In this document: positions 8,932 through 18,109 of the stretch, piece after piece | Layout: each line of letters starts with the position of its first letter | How positions within the stretch are numbered: the first letter of the stretch is position 1 | DNA from: Gemmatimonadota bacterium | Lineage (GTDB): Bacteria; Gemmatimonadota; Gemmatimonadetes; Gemmatimonadales; GWC2-71-9 | Assembly (NCBI GenBank): GCA_039586365.1 | Contig: JBDHKN010000022.1 | Coordinates: forward strand, 1 to 50,143 | Direction: 5' to 3' | Length of the DNA stretch: 50,143 nucleotides | Translations under genes and position numbers: made by a program | The notes under the pieces: generated by a model | The model's database searches: none | What the model was told of the DNA's origin: nothing | Seen by the model: only the letters and a program-made list of their open reading frames with translations

Positions 8932-10620
8932 ATGAATGCCGTAACAAGGCAGTATTGGTACTACAGGAAGGCAGTCGTGGCGCTGTGCGCTGTCTCGCTC
9001 GGGCCGTTGTTGGGTTGCCAGGATCGCCCAGCTGCCATGGCTGTGATCGATGCCGGCGCAGCAACCGCTCAGCCGTCCGACCTCAAGTTCGAGATTGCCA
9101 TCCCGCAGTCAGTACTAAACGAGACTGTGACCGGGAGAATGTTCATCATCATCTCACGCAACAACGACCCCGAAGTACGGTTTCAGGCCGGACGGACGGG
9201 CGTTCCGTTCTTTGGCGTGGACGTCGAGAACCTGAGTCCAGGTGAGCCTGCCGTGATCGACGGTACCACGTTGGGGTCGCCGCTCGAGAGCTTGAGTGAA
9301 CTGCCCGCAGGGGATTACTACATCCAGGCGGTGTTCAACAAATACACCGAGTTCAACCGTTCGGACGGCCACACCGTTTGGATGCACAAAGACCAGTGGG
9401 AAGGCCAGAACTGGAAACGCTCGCCGGGAAACATCTACAGCGACGTGCAACGAGTGCACATCGATCCCGCTTCCGCGGACGTAATCGCAGTCGAGGTAAC
9501 GAACATCATCCCACCCGTCGAGGTCCCGCCCGACTCGAAGTACGTAAAGCGGTTCAAGATCCAGAGCGATATACTCACCGAGTTCTGGGGACAGCCAATG
9601 TACCTGGGTATGGTGGTGCTGCTGCCGGAGGGATACGACGAACATCCCGACGTGAACTATCCCGTGGTGTACAGTGAGGGACACTTCTCGTTGAGCGCGC
9701 CGCTCGGCTTCGAGGGCGGCCGGCGCAGTGTGCGGGAAGAGTGGCTGGGACCCGATTTCCCGCGATTCATCGCCGTTACGCTGCAGCATCCCTGCCCCTA
9801 CTTCGACGACTCGTACGGGGTCGATTCCCCGGCCGTCGGGCCGTACGGAACCGCGATTCACGAGGAACTGATCCCCGAATTCGAGCGCAGATTCAGAGCG
9901 ATTCCTGAGCCTTACGCGCGGGTGCTGACCGGCGGTTCAACGGGAGGCTGGATATCGTTCGCGTTACAGGTCTACTACCCGGACTTCTACGGCGGTACCT
10001 GGTCCTTCGCACCGGACCCACTCGACTTCAGGAACGTCGAAGGCATCAACATCTACGAGGACGTGAACGCGTTCTACAAGGTGCACGAGTGGCGCACGGT
10101 CCCCACACCGAACAGCCGTGTCCCCGCGACGGGTGAGATCAACCTGACCTCGAAGCAGCGGAACCACTTCGAACTCGCAAACGGCACCAAGGGCCGCTCC
10201 GGAGAGCAGATCGACATCTGGTCGGCCGTATTCGGTCCGCTGGGCGACGATGGTTATTTCAAGCCGTTGTTCGACAAGTACACCGGAGTCATGGACCCGA
10301 GTGTAGCGCAGGCGTGGAAAGAGAACTACGACGTCAGGTACTATCTGGAACAGAACTGGAATAGGATCGGGCCCAAACTGGTCGGAAAGCTCCACATATT
10401 CGCGGGCACGATGGACAACTACTATCTGGATATCGGCGTCAAACACACAGAGGCGTTTCTGGAATCGACGACCAATCCGTATTACGGGGGATCGGTCACA
10501 TACGGCGCGCACGGCAGCCATGGCTGGCGGCCCATGTCGAGCGCTCAGCTGCTGCGGCTCATGGCCCAGCACATCATCAAGAACCGTCCCGCAGGGACCC
10601 AGGTCGACTGGATGTATTGA
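8932..10620 (+). CDS. Alpha/beta-hydrolase (putative esterase family) lipoprotein, uncharacterised
   Basis: Inside ORF 8761..10620. ATG 8932 follows GGAGAG. Lipobox-like LLGC, nucleophile elbow GGSTGG, candidate Asp (GTMDNYY) and His (GSHGW). Paralogue of 39889..41664. Confidence 0.8.
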   Translation: MNAVTRQYWYYRKAVVALCAVSLGPLLGCQDRPAAMAVIDAGAATAQPSDLKFEIAIPQSVLNETVTGRMFIIISRNNDPEVRFQAGRTGVPFFGVDVENLSPGEPAVIDGTTLGSPLESLSELPAGDYYIQAVFNKYTEFNRSDGHTVWMHKDQWEGQNWKRSPGNIYSDVQRVHIDPASADVIAVEVTNIIPPVEVPPDSKYVKRFKIQSDILTEFWGQPMYLGMVVLLPEGYDEHPDVNYPVVYSEGHFSLSAPLGFEGGRRSVREEWLGPDFPRFIAVTLQHPCPYFDDSYGVDSPAVGPYGTAIHEELIPEFERRFRAIPEPYARVLTGGSTGGWISFALQVYYPDFYGGTWSFAPDPLDFRNVEGINIYEDVNAFYKVHEWRTVPTPNSRVPATGEINLTSKQRNHFELANGTKGRSGEQIDIWSAVFGPLGDDGYFKPLFDKYTGVMDPSVAQAWKENYDVRYYLEQNWNRIGPKLVGKLHIFAGTMDNYYLDIGVKHTEAFLESTTNPYYGGSVTYGAHGSHGWRPMSSAQLLRLMAQHIIKNRPAGTQVDWMY

Positions 10621-10651
10621 GAATCCGTTCTTACAAGTAGCTTTCCTCTAG

Positions 10652-10690
10652 AAGGCTGCCGGTGAGCTTGCCCGGCAGCCTTGCTTATTG
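10652..10690 (+). terminator. Candidate intrinsic terminator
   Basis: Perfect 11-bp stem AAGGCTGCCGG / CCGGCAGCCTT (10652-10662, 10672-10682), then GCTTATTG, about 30 bp after the stop at 10620. Confidence 0.5.
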
Positions 10691-10935
10691 ACACCCATTC
10701 GTCGCTGCTTACCCGAAGCGTCGTCACGCCCTCCGCTCAGCAATGGGGTGCAACGGCGTTGCCACTGGCAGACGTGACAGCCCAGTCCGTGAGCGAGCGA
10801 CACGGGATGGTACTCGACAGCCACGCTATCTCGCTGACACTCGCGAGCTCGTGCGGCGTCTGCGCACGGTTGCCGCGGCTTACCGGTGTTGTTCCCCAGC
10901 CGCATATTACGCCGGCAATCCAAAGGAGCTGAAAG

Positions 10936-12984
10936 ATGGGCGTACTGTGCAGTCTCAGAACCGTTCTGCCGTTGCTGGCCTTGCCGCTCACCACATTGGC
11001 GGCTCAGGAAGCGGACGTTCCCGGTCCTTCGTTCAAGGACATCATGGATTTGCGCGGCATCGGTGCGGCGGCGATCTCGCCCGACGGGCAGACGATCACG
11101 TACACCGTTCGCACCACGGACTGGGAAGAGAACGGTTATGACAGCGAGATCTGGCTGGTGCGTGCAGGAGAGGAACCGTTCCAGTTGACTCGGACAAAGG
11201 ATGGCAGCAGTACCAACCCCGCGTGGTCGCCCGACGGACGGTGGATCGCTTTTCTCGCTGATCGCGGCGATAAACAGCAGATCCACCTCATCAATCCTCG
11301 GGGCGGCGAAGCACATGCGCTGACCGATGTGGAGGAGGGCGTGGGAGGGTTCGAATGGGCGCCTGATGGACAGCGCATTGCATTCACGAGCAGTGAGCCC
11401 CAGAGCGAGCGCGACAAGAAGCGAGAGGAAACGTACGGCGCGTTCGCGGTGGAGGATCAAGAGTACCGTCTGAGACACCTTTGGATCGTCGAGTTGCCGG
11501 ATGGGCCTACCACCGCGACAGCCCAACGTCTCACGGAGGGGACGGACTTCACCGTGTCCGGCTTCGCGTGGTCGCCTGACGGTGATGAGATAGCGTTCGG
11601 ACACACGCCGGACCCGCTCATCAACTCGTGGCTGCAGGCCGACATCTCGCTGGTCGACGTGAACTCGCGCGACGTGCGCCCACTGGTCACGGCAGATGGA
11701 CCGCAGAGTAACCCGACCTGGTCGCCTGACGGAGACTGGATCGTATACCAGGCAGCGGGCCCCGATGTGACTGCGGTCTACTACACCAACGGGCTGTTCT
11801 ATAAGATCCCCGCTGCAGGGGGAACGCCGACGCGTCTCGCCGTCGATCTGGACGAGGATCCTTCCGTCACTGCTTGGACACCGACCGGCATCTACCTGGT
11901 AGCGTGGCAACGGACCAAGCGGCAGGTGTTCCGCGTGGATCCCAACTCGGGGCATGCTACCGCGGTCGCAACCACGCCGGACCAGATCCGGTCGGTGGAC
12001 TTCACACCTGACGGGCGGACGATGGCGCTAGTGGCAAGTGACGGACGTTCGCTGAGCGAGGTGTATCGCTCGCCTGTCGCGGGATACAGTCCCACCCAAC
12101 TGACCAACATGTCCGACCAGATCGACGGCTGGGAACTCGGCACCAGCGAGGTAATCTCCTGGCAGAGCCGCGACGGGACGACCATCGAGGGCGTGCTCCA
12201 CAAACCCGTGGACTTCGATCCCTCACAGCGGTATCCCCTCTTCGTCGTCATTCACGGCGGCCCGACAGGGATCGACTACCCGACGGCCGTCACCGGCTCG
12301 GTGTATCCGGTGCACCAGTGGCTGGCGAAGGGAGCTCTGGTGCTGCGCCCGAACTACCGTGGGTCCGCTGGATACGGTGAAGCTTTCCGGTCGCTCAACG
12401 TGCGCAACCTCGGCGTGGGCGATGCGTGGGACGTACTGTCTGGCGTGGACTACCTCGTCTCACAAGGGATCGTCGACACCAACCGCATCGGTGCGATGGG
12501 CTGGAGCCAGGGCGGATACATCTCGGCATATCTCACCACCACGACCGATCGCTTCGCGGCGATCTCGGTAGGAGCCGGGATCTCGAACTGGGTGACGTAC
12601 TACGTCAACACCGACATACATCCATTCACGCGTCAGTACCTCAAGGCGACGCCGTGGGAGGACCGCGACATCTACGCCCAGACCTCAGCGATGACGTTCA
12701 TCACTCAGGCCACGACACCAACGCTCATTCAACACGGTGAATTCGACCGGCGCGTGCCCATACCCAACGCATACGAGCTGTATCAGGGTCTCCAGGATGT
12801 CGGTGTCGCCACCAAGCTAATCGTCTACAAGGGCTTCGGGCACGGCATCACAAAGCCCAAGGAGAGACTTGCCGCTATATGGCACAACTGGCAGTGGTTC
12901 GGCAAGTACATCTGGGGTGAGGAGATCGAGCTTCCGATCGAAGTGGGGGAAACAGGGACGGTGAAGGACAGTGGAGGATGGTGA
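10936..12984 (+). CDS. S9 family peptidase (acylaminoacyl/dipeptidyl aminopeptidase-like) with PD40 propeller, exported
   Basis: RBS AAAGGAG, signal peptide, repeated WSPDG motifs, HGGP, NYRGSAGYG, catalytic GWSQGG, GEFDRRVP (Asp) and GFGHGI (His). Confidence 0.95.
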   Translation: MGVLCSLRTVLPLLALPLTTLAAQEADVPGPSFKDIMDLRGIGAAAISPDGQTITYTVRTTDWEENGYDSEIWLVRAGEEPFQLTRTKDGSSTNPAWSPDGRWIAFLADRGDKQQIHLINPRGGEAHALTDVEEGVGGFEWAPDGQRIAFTSSEPQSERDKKREETYGAFAVEDQEYRLRHLWIVELPDGPTTATAQRLTEGTDFTVSGFAWSPDGDEIAFGHTPDPLINSWLQADISLVDVNSRDVRPLVTADGPQSNPTWSPDGDWIVYQAAGPDVTAVYYTNGLFYKIPAAGGTPTRLAVDLDEDPSVTAWTPTGIYLVAWQRTKRQVFRVDPNSGHATAVATTPDQIRSVDFTPDGRTMALVASDGRSLSEVYRSPVAGYSPTQLTNMSDQIDGWELGTSEVISWQSRDGTTIEGVLHKPVDFDPSQRYPLFVVIHGGPTGIDYPTAVTGSVYPVHQWLAKGALVLRPNYRGSAGYGEAFRSLNVRNLGVGDAWDVLSGVDYLVSQGIVDTNRIGAMGWSQGGYISAYLTTTTDRFAAISVGAGISNWVTYYVNTDIHPFTRQYLKATPWEDRDIYAQTSAMTFITQATTPTLIQHGEFDRRVPIPNAYELYQGLQDVGVATKLIVYKGFGHGITKPKERLAAIWHNWQWFGKYIWGEEIELPIEVGETGTVKDSGGW

Positions 12985-13102
12985 AGGACGGTGAAGGAAA
13001 GGGCGGAAGAAGGCGGTAAAGGGCGGGCTTTCAACATGCGTAGAAGGCGGTAAGAGAGGGCGGTAAAGGGCGGTAAAGGCGGTACAGTGCGGTAGGAGGC
13101 GG
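12960..13102 (+). repeat. Degenerate 10-bp tandem array (GGTGAAGGAC grading into GGGCGGTAAA)
   Basis: gtgaaggaca gtggaggatg gtgaaggacg gtgaaggaaa gggcggaaga aggcggtaaa ... gggcggtaaagggcggtaaaggcggtac. Overlaps the S9 stop codon. Confidence 0.75.
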
Positions 13103-13107
13103 CTGCA

Positions 13108-13497
13108 TCAGCGATCGGGCCGCGCTTCCGCGCACCTCACCGTGATCGACACGCCGGTCCGCACGGTGCGGAGCAATCCACCTGTCGTGACCTTGGCAAC
13201 CACCTGTGGTTCAGTGGGTGAGGGTATCAGATACACCTCCGTAAATCCCTCGGCGACCCACCCCAGGCTGGACGAGCGATCGTGATCTGTGCCGCTTGTC
13301 GGGTCCGGCCGGGCACCGACCTGGTAGTAGACAGCCACACCTCCCGGCTGCGATCGGTTGAATACCTCGACGCGCCAGTTGATGCACTCTTGGAACTCCG
13401 CTTCACCGCTTGGGGCGACATTCGTCTCCGAAGACCTTGCACAGGCAGAGCCGGCGACTAGCAGGGCCCATGTGAGGGCGTGAGTGAACTGGCGCAT
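13108..13497 (-). CDS. Small hypothetical lipoprotein
   Basis: Inside ORF 13108..13542. RBS AGGAGAGG before ATG 13497. MRQFTHALTWALLVAGSAC has a lipobox-like end. The mature part is beta-rich with two further Cys. Confidence 0.65.
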   Translation of the reverse strand: MRQFTHALTWALLVAGSACARSSETNVAPSGEAEFQECINWRVEVFNRSQPGGVAVYYQVGARPDPTSGTDHDRSSSLGWVAEGFTEVYLIPSPTEPQVVAKVTTGGLLRTVRTGVSITVRCAEARPDR

Positions 13498-13600
13498 GTG
13501 CCTCTCCTGACAGCTGGGAGTATGAGTCCGCGACTGAGACAAGCTACGTCCCGGTCAGAGGATCGTAAGCAGGCCACCTGCAATACCCGCTGAGGTCGGA

Positions 13601-13864
13601 TTGGTGCCACGGCAAGGGCGGGAAAGGGAGCCTGATGATGTCGATGATGACCGGATGCGCGATCTGTTCGAGCAGCACCTAGCAGAGGCAAAGCGACTGA
13701 TTGCAGATCGATCCTGCTTTGACGCTCTCGATATCGTGCATCGCGACGTAGTGAACGACCCGGTGAAGCAGGCAAGTCGGATCAGCGCGTTTCTGGGAGC
13801 CGGGCTGCATGTGTAGCGGATGGCGGCCGTTGTCGATGAGCGGCTGTACCGCAACCGACGGTGA
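13601..13864 (+). pseudogene. 3' fragment of a sulfotransferase-family gene with an internal stop
   Basis: DDDRMRDLFEQHLAEAKRLIADRSCFDALDIVHRDVVNDPVKQASRISAFLGAGLHV*RMAAVVDERLYRNRR*. From recall this resembles the C-terminus of small bacterial sulfotransferase-domain proteins. In-frame TAG at 13814-13816; no 5' part present. Confidence 0.6.
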
Positions 13865-13870
13865 ATGAAA

Positions 13871-14000
13871 GGGCGGCAAAGGGCGGCAAAGGGCGGTAAA
13901 GGACGGTAAAGGGCGGTAAAGGGCGGCAAAGGGCGGTAAAGGGCGGTAAAGGGCGGTAAAGGGCGGCAAAGGGCGGTTCAAGGCAGCAGAGGGCCGTAAG
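13871..14000 (+). repeat. 10-bp tandem array GGGCGG(T/C)AAA, 11 good units plus a degenerate tail
   Basis: Directly visible at 13871-13980, followed by aggcagcaga gggccgtaag. Confidence 0.95.
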
Positions 14001-14057
14001 GGCCGCCAGGCAGTCTAGGGAGGGGCCGGAGGCGAGGACGGGCTCAAAATTGCCACC

Positions 14058-14099
14058 CGTCACTCGTCACTCGTTGATCGTCAATCGTGAATCGTCAAT
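14058..14099 (-). repeat. 7-bp tandem array (TGACGAN on minus strand), 6 units
   Basis: Plus strand cgtcact cgtcact cgttgat cgtcaat cgtgaat cgtcaat. Overlaps the stop of the M14 gene ending at 14081. Confidence 0.8.
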
Positions 14100-15874
14100 T
14101 GCCGCCGATCCGTCCCGCCTTTCTCCGAACGGACGACTATGGTCACCGCCGTACCCTCTGGCGCGACGACGTTCCAGGCAGCGCGGTAGAGGCTCACATA
14201 GGACGACTCCCTCGTCCCGCGCATGAATGGGAACTCGACGGTGAGGGGATCTGTGGTTGCCGCGCCTTCGGGAACTTCGATCGTCACCCTGTCGGGCTTG
14301 GCAACATTGGCGCGACGGGCCTGTTCCATGGACGTGTCGAGATAGCCCTCATTCGCCACGGTTGCCTTGACGTTCCATCGATCTGAGTTGCCGTCTCGCT
14401 GGATGGCCACGTCCTGAATCTTGACGCTGGGTGTCGTCAGCGCCTGTACCACCGCGAATTTGGCCTGGTCTTCGACGACCGTTTGGAGGAACGGTCCCGG
14501 AGGAGGATTGCGCAACCAGTAGCGCGTGAATCCGCCGATCTCGACATCGCCCAGTGTAGGATGATCGAACGGCTTCCAGTCGACGAATCCCTGCCCGGAG
14601 AGCTCTGGGGAGCCCCGATGGGCGTCCAGCCACGCGAGCACCGCCGCCTGAGCATCGGGCCGGTTATAGCGACCGGGTACGGCAAACAACGGTTTGTCCC
14701 TGGGAATGTCGCCCCAACCCATTTCGTTCACGAACGGCTCCATGGTCCACAGCTCGGTGGTAACGGAGAAAAGGCCCTGATGCACATAGGACCAGTCGAT
14801 AAAGACTCCGTGCCGAACTCCGGGTTGCTCATCTGGCGGCACGCCCGGCTGGATCGTCGTGAAGTCGTTGTATACCGATGCCACCGGGTAGGTCGTGATT
14901 GCAGTACCCTTGGCTAGAATGGCACTGTAGTCCTGCAGATCCTGGGGAGGGAAATCGGTGTCCGGCCTCGCAGCGTAGGGGCGGAGGTGGATGCCGCTCG
15001 TGGTGTGGTAAGACTCGATCTGCGATATGTGCGGTTTCGAGAGTATGAAGTCCACCAGCAGCCGCGCGTTGTGCTCCTGCAACGGGTAGTTCCCTCCCCC
15101 ACGGAACCGGCCGTCAGCGGAAGCCCAGAACGCCGGGTAGTTGCGGTTGGAGATGAATCCGGTGACGGGCGCATCCTCGTTCACTGCTCCGTCGCCGTCG
15201 TTGTCGATACCTTCATCGATGACACGATAGAACGGGCCTTCGGTGTCGCTGTCTTCCCGTCGCACCATGATGCGAGGGTCACGATCGTAGACCTTCCAGC
15301 CACCGTCGGGATCCTCGCTGCGGATCCTCAGTATCTCCCCATCGCCATCGATGTCTTCGGGCCCATCTTCACCTTTGGTGCCATCTCCGTCCGCGTCGTT
15401 CGCGCGGGGCACGCTCTCAGGATCCCACTCGACCCGGCCGGTCATGTACGCCTCGGCACCATCCGGATCGGCTCTCTGCACGATGTAAGTCACCCGGGTA
15501 TCGACCAGGTGGGTGACGGCGGGGTCGGAGCCGTAGCGAGTGAGCAGATAGTGGGCTAGGAACAGCGTCGTCTCTCCACCGGTCACCTCCGAGGCGTGCT
15601 GGTTGCCGTCGAAATAGGTGGCAGGTTTGTCTTCGGCGGCTCCCGTCGCCTGATTGCCAACTTCGATGCACCAGATCTCTTTGGCACCGGTGGCGCTCTT
15701 GCCAATGGAGTAGAGCTTGGCTAGACCAGGGTATTGCCGCACCAGATCCTGGAGCAGCGCCGTGGACTCGGCGTAGGTGTGATAGCGGAACTCGTAGGCG
15801 GCGGTTTGGGAGTGAGCTGTCGCCGCCAGGACGAGTCCCATGAGGAGCATTGCGCAGCAGGACCGGATACTCAC
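14081..15874 (-). CDS. M14 family zinc metallocarboxypeptidase, exported (second of tandem pair)
   Basis: GTG start at 15874 after AAAGGAG. Signal peptide. Zn motif HASE, NRNYP, third ligand in ESYHTTSG, TTELW (catalytic Glu). DxDGDG Ca-binding-type repeats. Confidence 0.9.
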   Translation of the reverse strand: MSIRSCCAMLLMGLVLAATAHSQTAAYEFRYHTYAESTALLQDLVRQYPGLAKLYSIGKSATGAKEIWCIEVGNQATGAAEDKPATYFDGNQHASEVTGGETTLFLAHYLLTRYGSDPAVTHLVDTRVTYIVQRADPDGAEAYMTGRVEWDPESVPRANDADGDGTKGEDGPEDIDGDGEILRIRSEDPDGGWKVYDRDPRIMVRREDSDTEGPFYRVIDEGIDNDGDGAVNEDAPVTGFISNRNYPAFWASADGRFRGGGNYPLQEHNARLLVDFILSKPHISQIESYHTTSGIHLRPYAARPDTDFPPQDLQDYSAILAKGTAITTYPVASVYNDFTTIQPGVPPDEQPGVRHGVFIDWSYVHQGLFSVTTELWTMEPFVNEMGWGDIPRDKPLFAVPGRYNRPDAQAAVLAWLDAHRGSPELSGQGFVDWKPFDHPTLGDVEIGGFTRYWLRNPPPGPFLQTVVEDQAKFAVVQALTTPSVKIQDVAIQRDGNSDRWNVKATVANEGYLDTSMEQARRANVAKPDRVTIEVPEGAATTDPLTVEFPFMRGTRESSYVSLYRAAWNVVAPEGTAVTIVVRSEKGGTDRRQLTIHD

Positions 15875-15939
15875 CGGGAACTCCTTTCGCTCGTCGCGTT
15901 GTTCTTGCGAACCCAGCGCCAACGGACTTCCATGTCCCG

Positions 15940-17778
15940 TCAGCGATTGACCCTCACGACTGTCGAGTCACGCCCGGCCCGCTGCGACCACACCGAGACA
16001 GCAACCGTCGCATCAAGCGTCGGATCCACAACCCGGAGCACGTACGTGGTCTTTTCGCTCTCCGAGGTTCCCTCGATCTGTCCGAGATCGACTTTTGTCT
16101 CTCCAGACAGGATCTCGACGTTGGCACTTGGTGACACGTCCAGCCGAACCGGTTCGACGACTCCAAGCCATTCCCCCTGCTCGGTCGCCGTTCGCAACGC
16201 GCCGAGGTTCTTGACGCTGATGTCCACCTGATAGAGTCCGGCTTGTTCGTCGATTGCCTCGACGTCTCCGATGCTGAGTTCGACGCGAGGAGCCAGCGTG
16301 GCAAGATACACCGTATAGCGGTTGCCGGCCTCGCACTCCAGCTCCACAAGCTCACCTTCGGGCGGGCTGACTTTGCTCTGCTTCCATCCGCCAATCTCGA
16401 CGTTCCCGAGCGTCGGGTGCTCGAACGGATGCCAGTCGATGAAGATTGCTCCGTCTAGCTCCTCGTCGTTCCACTTGAGCCGTTCGACTTCGGTTACGAG
16501 GCCGTCCCAGTTGTAGTCGGGCTCACGCCAGTGCTCGTCGGCCAGTGAGAAGATGCCGAAGACGAGGTACATGGTCTCGAGCGAGCTACCATACGCGTAG
16601 TAGCCTCGATCCCGCTGATCCCAGTTGGCCGGATCGGAGAAGTCGAGCGCGTTGTTCTCGGGGATCGGGTACATGCCGTACGGCGCGTTTCTGATATTGC
16701 CATCTTTATCGCGATAGGCCTGTGTGCCTTTGCGGTTAGCTCCCGGCCGTCTGGCCTGGTCCCAGTCAAACACGGAGGTCGCCAGATTCCATCCTGAATG
16801 CTCGAGAGCCCGCGCAGTCGCTACCTGATATACCTCGAGATCGTTCCTGAACCTGAAGTCGGCATCCGGTCCAGTAGTGGGCGGTCGCAGTATTATTCGG
16901 CCACAGCAGTGATGCTGCAGATAGATGGCGATGTGGGGGTTCGCGGCGACAAAGTCCACCTCAGCACGCGTGATGCTTTCCTCCATGGGGTAGGAGCCTC
17001 CACCCCGCTGGAGAACATCGGGCTGCCAATTCCACGGATAGTTCCGGTTCGATAGGAACCTGCTGGAATAGCTGTCCTCGTTGTACTCCCCGTCACCATC
17101 GTCGTCGATGCCCTCGGTGTAGGTTGCATAGAACGTACCCTGGGTCTCATCAGCCATGCGCCTGACCATTATGCGCGGATCCTCGGTGGAAGTCTTCCAC
17201 TCTCCCAAGGGATCTACCTTCCGCATCTGGACGATGAAACCGTCTCCGTCCAGGTCTTGTGGCGGGTCCTCATCGAACAAACCATCCGAGTCACTGTCGA
17301 CGGGATTGGGATCCTCTCCCGCCGGCATCCCCGTCAGGTACGCTTCCGCTCCATCGACATCCAGGCGCGGTACGAGGTACAGCGACAGGTTGTCGACGAT
17401 CCTGGTGACCTGCTCGTCCTCACCATACCGGTCGAGCAAGTACCAGATCGTGTACTGGCCGGATGCAGCAGCAATAACCTCCCCGGCGTGAATCTGATTG
17501 GCAAAGAACCCTGGCTTCTCCTCGGGCGCACCGGTCTCGGGGTTGTTGATGACGAGCATCCAGACCTCTCTACCCATTTGCGATGTGGCCAGGCTCGTCA
17601 GTGTCGTTAACTCCGGATAAGCCTCGTTGATGTCGGTCAGAAATGCGGTGAGCTCATCGTACGAGTAGTAGTGGCGGAAGTCGTATCTCCCAAGGGCGCG
17701 CTCCTGGCCGAGGAGGGCTCCCGCTGAGATCTGGAGGAGCAGAAACAAGATCGCGAAAACGAGTAGTCCGTTGCGCAT
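15940..17778 (-). CDS. M14 family zinc metallocarboxypeptidase, exported (first of tandem pair)
   Basis: Inside ORF 15940..18207. ATG 17778 after GAGGA. Signal MRNGLLVFAILFLLLQISAG, HAGE, NRNYP, QHHCCG, DEHW. DSDSDG, DLDGDG and DDDGDG repeats. Confidence 0.9.
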   Translation of the reverse strand: MRNGLLVFAILFLLLQISAGALLGQERALGRYDFRHYYSYDELTAFLTDINEAYPELTTLTSLATSQMGREVWMLVINNPETGAPEEKPGFFANQIHAGEVIAAASGQYTIWYLLDRYGEDEQVTRIVDNLSLYLVPRLDVDGAEAYLTGMPAGEDPNPVDSDSDGLFDEDPPQDLDGDGFIVQMRKVDPLGEWKTSTEDPRIMVRRMADETQGTFYATYTEGIDDDGDGEYNEDSYSSRFLSNRNYPWNWQPDVLQRGGGSYPMEESITRAEVDFVAANPHIAIYLQHHCCGRIILRPPTTGPDADFRFRNDLEVYQVATARALEHSGWNLATSVFDWDQARRPGANRKGTQAYRDKDGNIRNAPYGMYPIPENNALDFSDPANWDQRDRGYYAYGSSLETMYLVFGIFSLADEHWREPDYNWDGLVTEVERLKWNDEELDGAIFIDWHPFEHPTLGNVEIGGWKQSKVSPPEGELVELECEAGNRYTVYLATLAPRVELSIGDVEAIDEQAGLYQVDISVKNLGALRTATEQGEWLGVVEPVRLDVSPSANVEILSGETKVDLGQIEGTSESEKTTYVLRVVDPTLDATVAVSVWSQRAGRDSTVVRVNR

Positions 17779-18109
17779 GGGCACATCCTCATTTGGGTGT
17801 ACGTGGGCCTGATGGCACTCGGGCGCCGCTGCCCCGACTGCCGCAGAGACAATACCGCGCGCGCAGATGACCAGCAAGCCAGGGCAGCAGAGTGTCCGCC
17901 TGGACCAAGCAAGGAACCTCGGCACGCGATCGGATCTCATGTGAGTATCTGGACACTCGAATAACACAACCGCATACTCAGGTCTCTCGACCAAGGATCC
18001 GAATCTCTCGATCAACGATTCCAGCGTGACCCCCAGAGCCTCTCGTGAGTCGGACATGTTGCTTATCGGCTGGCGGAGGCTCGAAGGTCGCGACACGAGG
18101 AGCACTACG

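Noticed and set aside
10648..11955. 435-aa minus-strand ORF and similar long antisense ORFs (23143..24081, 27513..28415, 40294..41175, 42945..43979)
   Set aside because: Shadow ORFs opposite well-supported genes. High-GC codon bias suppresses antisense stops, and they have no motifs.
13814..13816. In-frame TAG as pyrrolysine or programmed readthrough
   Set aside because: The gene also lacks its 5' part, and TAG serves as a normal stop elsewhere in the window. Decay is the simpler explanation.
13871..13980. Repeat arrays as CRISPR
   Set aside because: Units are 7 or 10 bp, directly tandem, with no unique spacers and no cas genes.
13555..14063. Three overlapping ORFs with LYRPLPPFTA repeats
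   Set aside because: They are translations of the decamer array in all three minus frames, with no RBS or domain.
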